A DNA stretch of 64,000 nt from Marinicella sp. (GTDB lineage: Bacteria; Pseudomonadota; Gammaproteobacteria; Xanthomonadales; Marinicellaceae): NCBI GenBank assembly GCA_965230295.1, contig OZ246001.1, positions 3,456,001 to 3,520,000 of the forward strand, written 5' to 3'. The position numbers were made by a program, and so were the translations under genes. Under the pieces are notes generated by a model. The model was not told the DNA's origin. It ran no database searches and worked only from the letters and a program-made list of their open reading frames with translations. Every line of letters begins with the position of its first letter. The stretch's first letter is position 1. This document shows, piece by piece, positions 62,026 through 64,000 of the stretch.

Positions 62026-63446
62026 ATTGATTCGGGCATGTGAGTCTGTCTGATTTCCTTGTTCATCTTCCAATTCATTAGTTGTTTGTAAGTCATGATG
62101 TTGTTTACATATGTAACAGCCGTCTTGCCATCAGCATTGCCGTATCTGAGTTCATGGGCAATGCTGGGATTGTTCAGTTTGGCTAAATAGGGTTCAACTT
62201 CAATCCAGTCGTCCGGGTTTTTATTGGCCCTTTGCGCCAGTATTCGGGCATCTTCAACATGCGCATATCCGATGTTGTAGGCAGCCAATGCAAACAAAGT
62301 TCGGTCAGGCTCTTGAATCCTTTCGGGTATTTTATTATGCATGTTGCGCAGGTATTTAATGCCGCCCACCAAACTTTGTCTTGGATCGGTTCGGTCGACC
62401 ACATCAACTTCTGCAGCCGTACTGGCAGTTAACATCATCAACCCCCTAACGCCTGAAAATGAAACAGCATTGGGGTTCCAATGAGATTCTTGATAACTGA
62501 TGGCAGCCAACATGGCTGGATCAAAGTTATGATTGTCAGCCACTTCATAGACCAAGTCTCTAATCAAGGGCCAATCGGTTTGTAATTTATCGAAAAAAGT
62601 GACGGTGTTGGCCGTGTCAATGTCCGGCAGGTGTAACACAATTTCATTTTTTAATTGATCCAACAATTGACTGTCCCTGGCGCTGTTGATGAATTGATCT
62701 AATTGGGTCTTAAATTCATTTGATCTGTTTTGGCGTATCATCAAGGCCGTATCTGTAGCCGCCGAGACTTGAATGGTTTGGTAAATCCCGGGAATGAATC
62801 TTTGGTAAATGTTGATGATTTCAGAATCACCCAAGGTGTAGTCAATTTCTTTGCTGTTAATTTTTCTGATCAGCTCAAATAATGTCAAATCATCTGTTGT
62901 GCTTAAATCATTTGGACTGAAATCTTCTAAACTTTGGAATAACTCGAGGTAGCTGCTGTTGGCCAAAAGCAGGCCTTTGGTGTTTTCAAACTCTTGAATT
63001 TCTGTTTTATTTCGGTGATCGAAATGGGTCACAAGGTCAATGGCAGTTTGGCTGATAGGGGCGGTAAACTGATACTGTTCCAACCTTTCTTCGGTGATGG
63101 TTAAATGGCCACCAGCAATATCCACTTGTCCATGTTCTAAATCGTTAAACAGTTCGCCGTTGTTGTTATAGACCACAGCCTTTAATTCCAAGCCATGTTG
63201 ATCTGCGAACCTTTTTAGAATTTGATACTCAAAACCAATGATGGCATCATCGTCTTCAAAATAGGATAACAAAGATGTGCGAGTTCCATAGATCAAAACA
63301 CCCCGTTGTTTGATCAAATCCCAAGTTGAAGAAAGTGGAATTGGGCTGTAGATGAAAAAGAACAAAACCACCACCAACACGAACAAAATCAGTGTTTTCA
63401 AACGACTGATTTTTTGCAACAGCTGATTGATTCTTGAATCAGCCAA
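62019..63446 (-). CDS. mltF: Membrane-bound lytic murein transglycosylase F
   Basis: N-terminal solute-binding domain (GFEY) plus SLT domain with YQESHW, GLMMLT and AAYNIG. TTG start. Confidence 0.92.
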   Translation of the reverse strand: MADSRINQLLQKISRLKTLILFVLVVVLFFFIYSPIPLSSTWDLIKQRGVLIYGTRTSLLSYFEDDDAIIGFEYQILKRFADQHGLELKAVVYNNNGELFNDLEHGQVDIAGGHLTITEERLEQYQFTAPISQTAIDLVTHFDHRNKTEIQEFENTKGLLLANSSYLELFQSLEDFSPNDLSTTDDLTLFELIRKINSKEIDYTLGDSEIINIYQRFIPGIYQTIQVSAATDTALMIRQNRSNEFKTQLDQFINSARDSQLLDQLKNEIVLHLPDIDTANTVTFFDKLQTDWPLIRDLVYEVADNHNFDPAMLAAISYQESHWNPNAVSFSGVRGLMMLTASTAAEVDVVDRTDPRQSLVGGIKYLRNMHNKIPERIQEPDRTLFALAAYNIGYAHVEDARILAQRANKNPDDWIEVEPYLAKLNNPSIAHELRYGNADGKTAVTYVNNIMTYKQLMNWKMNKEIRQTHMPESIL

Positions 63447-63549
63447 AGTTTTGTTTTGGGTTATGAGTCAGCAATTTAATGAGGTCTCTGTGTTTCTTAA
63501 CAAGTGTACATTATAATAACCTTTTTTTTATATTGAAAATGGATCAATC

Positions 63550-63954
63550 ATGAGTCTTGGTGGATTTTTACTCCGATGGTTGTGCGCTTTTATACTGGTC
63601 AGCGCCACTTTTAACCCGACTGGATACTCGTTATTCCACTGGATGTGGCCATTGAGTGATGAACAACTGCCATTAAAAATATTGGTGATCATTTTGCTGT
63701 TAGGCAGTTATTTATTTTTCTTATCGGCCACCATGAAATCTTTAGGGGCGTTAGGAATTATCGTGCTTCTGGCATTCTGTGGTACATTGGTTTGGTTGTT
63801 TGTCGATCAAGGCTGGTTGAACCTGGCCAATTCAACCATTTTGGCTTGGATCTTGATATTGATGCTGTCCATCATCTTGGGTTTAGGTATATCCTGGTCC
63901 CACATTAAAAAACGGATCACGGGTCAGTTTGACACCGATGATGTAGGAGAATAA
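63550..63954 (+). CDS. Conserved membrane protein (DUF6524-like)
   Basis: LVSATFNPTGYS..HW, SLG.LG and GISWSHI..RITGQ.D.DD motifs. Confidence 0.75.
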   Translation: MSLGGFLLRWLCAFILVSATFNPTGYSLFHWMWPLSDEQLPLKILVIILLLGSYLFFLSATMKSLGALGIIVLLAFCGTLVWLFVDQGWLNLANSTILAWILILMLSIILGLGISWSHIKKRITGQFDTDDVGE

Positions 63955-63956
63955 AA

Positions 63957-64000
63957 ATGAGTTTAGTAAGTACCCCCATGTCGGTTGGAGAATTGTTGGA
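63957..64000 (+). CDS. Start of a truncated ORF (MSLVSTPMSVGELL...)
   Basis: ATG after AGGAGA, 2 bp after the previous stop; runs off the window. Confidence 0.5.
   Translation, partial: MSLVSTPMSVGELL

Overview
Chromosomal window from an AT-rich gammaproteobacterium. Gene order and sequences suggest a marine Lysobacterales/Marinicella-like organism; this is an inference. No rRNA, tRNA, CRISPR array, transposase or prophage was seen. From left to right it holds kdkA and a GT9 LPS gene, then a self-contained respiratory nitrate reductase cluster (narK1-narK2-narGHJI, moaB, moeA, mobA and a TDT/SLAC1-type channel), followed by recQ and tandem acnB-acnA. Further on are a secreted lipase-like protein resembling Dictyostelium conditioned medium factor, the amgK-murU-nhaC-nudJ-mnmA-hflD run, plsC-lapAB-wbpL-wbpM-galU, cdd/hpt, a peroxiredoxin-DUF4920 fusion, two diguanylate cyclases, csp, coq7 with ETF-QO, tyrS, an M23 peptidase, anmK, a PP2C phosphatase and mltF. 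The best candidate for an undescribed system is a one-component regulator divergent from narK. It fuses a nitrate/nitrite-sensing NIT domain to a Crp/Fnr DNA-binding module with a C-terminal four-cysteine tail. A single perfect TTGAC-N4-GTCAA box sits at about -41.5 of both predicted divergent promoters, and no narXL is present in the window. Other highlights: a 96-bp MITE that rewrote the C-termini of both galU and cdd (the empty site can be reconstructed), a modular mosaic repeat family with four copies, a 1-Cys exported peroxiredoxin fused to a two-Cys DUF4920-like domain, and candidate PsrA, CRP and FNR sites and leaderless promoters. All family calls come from motif recognition by eye, not database searches.
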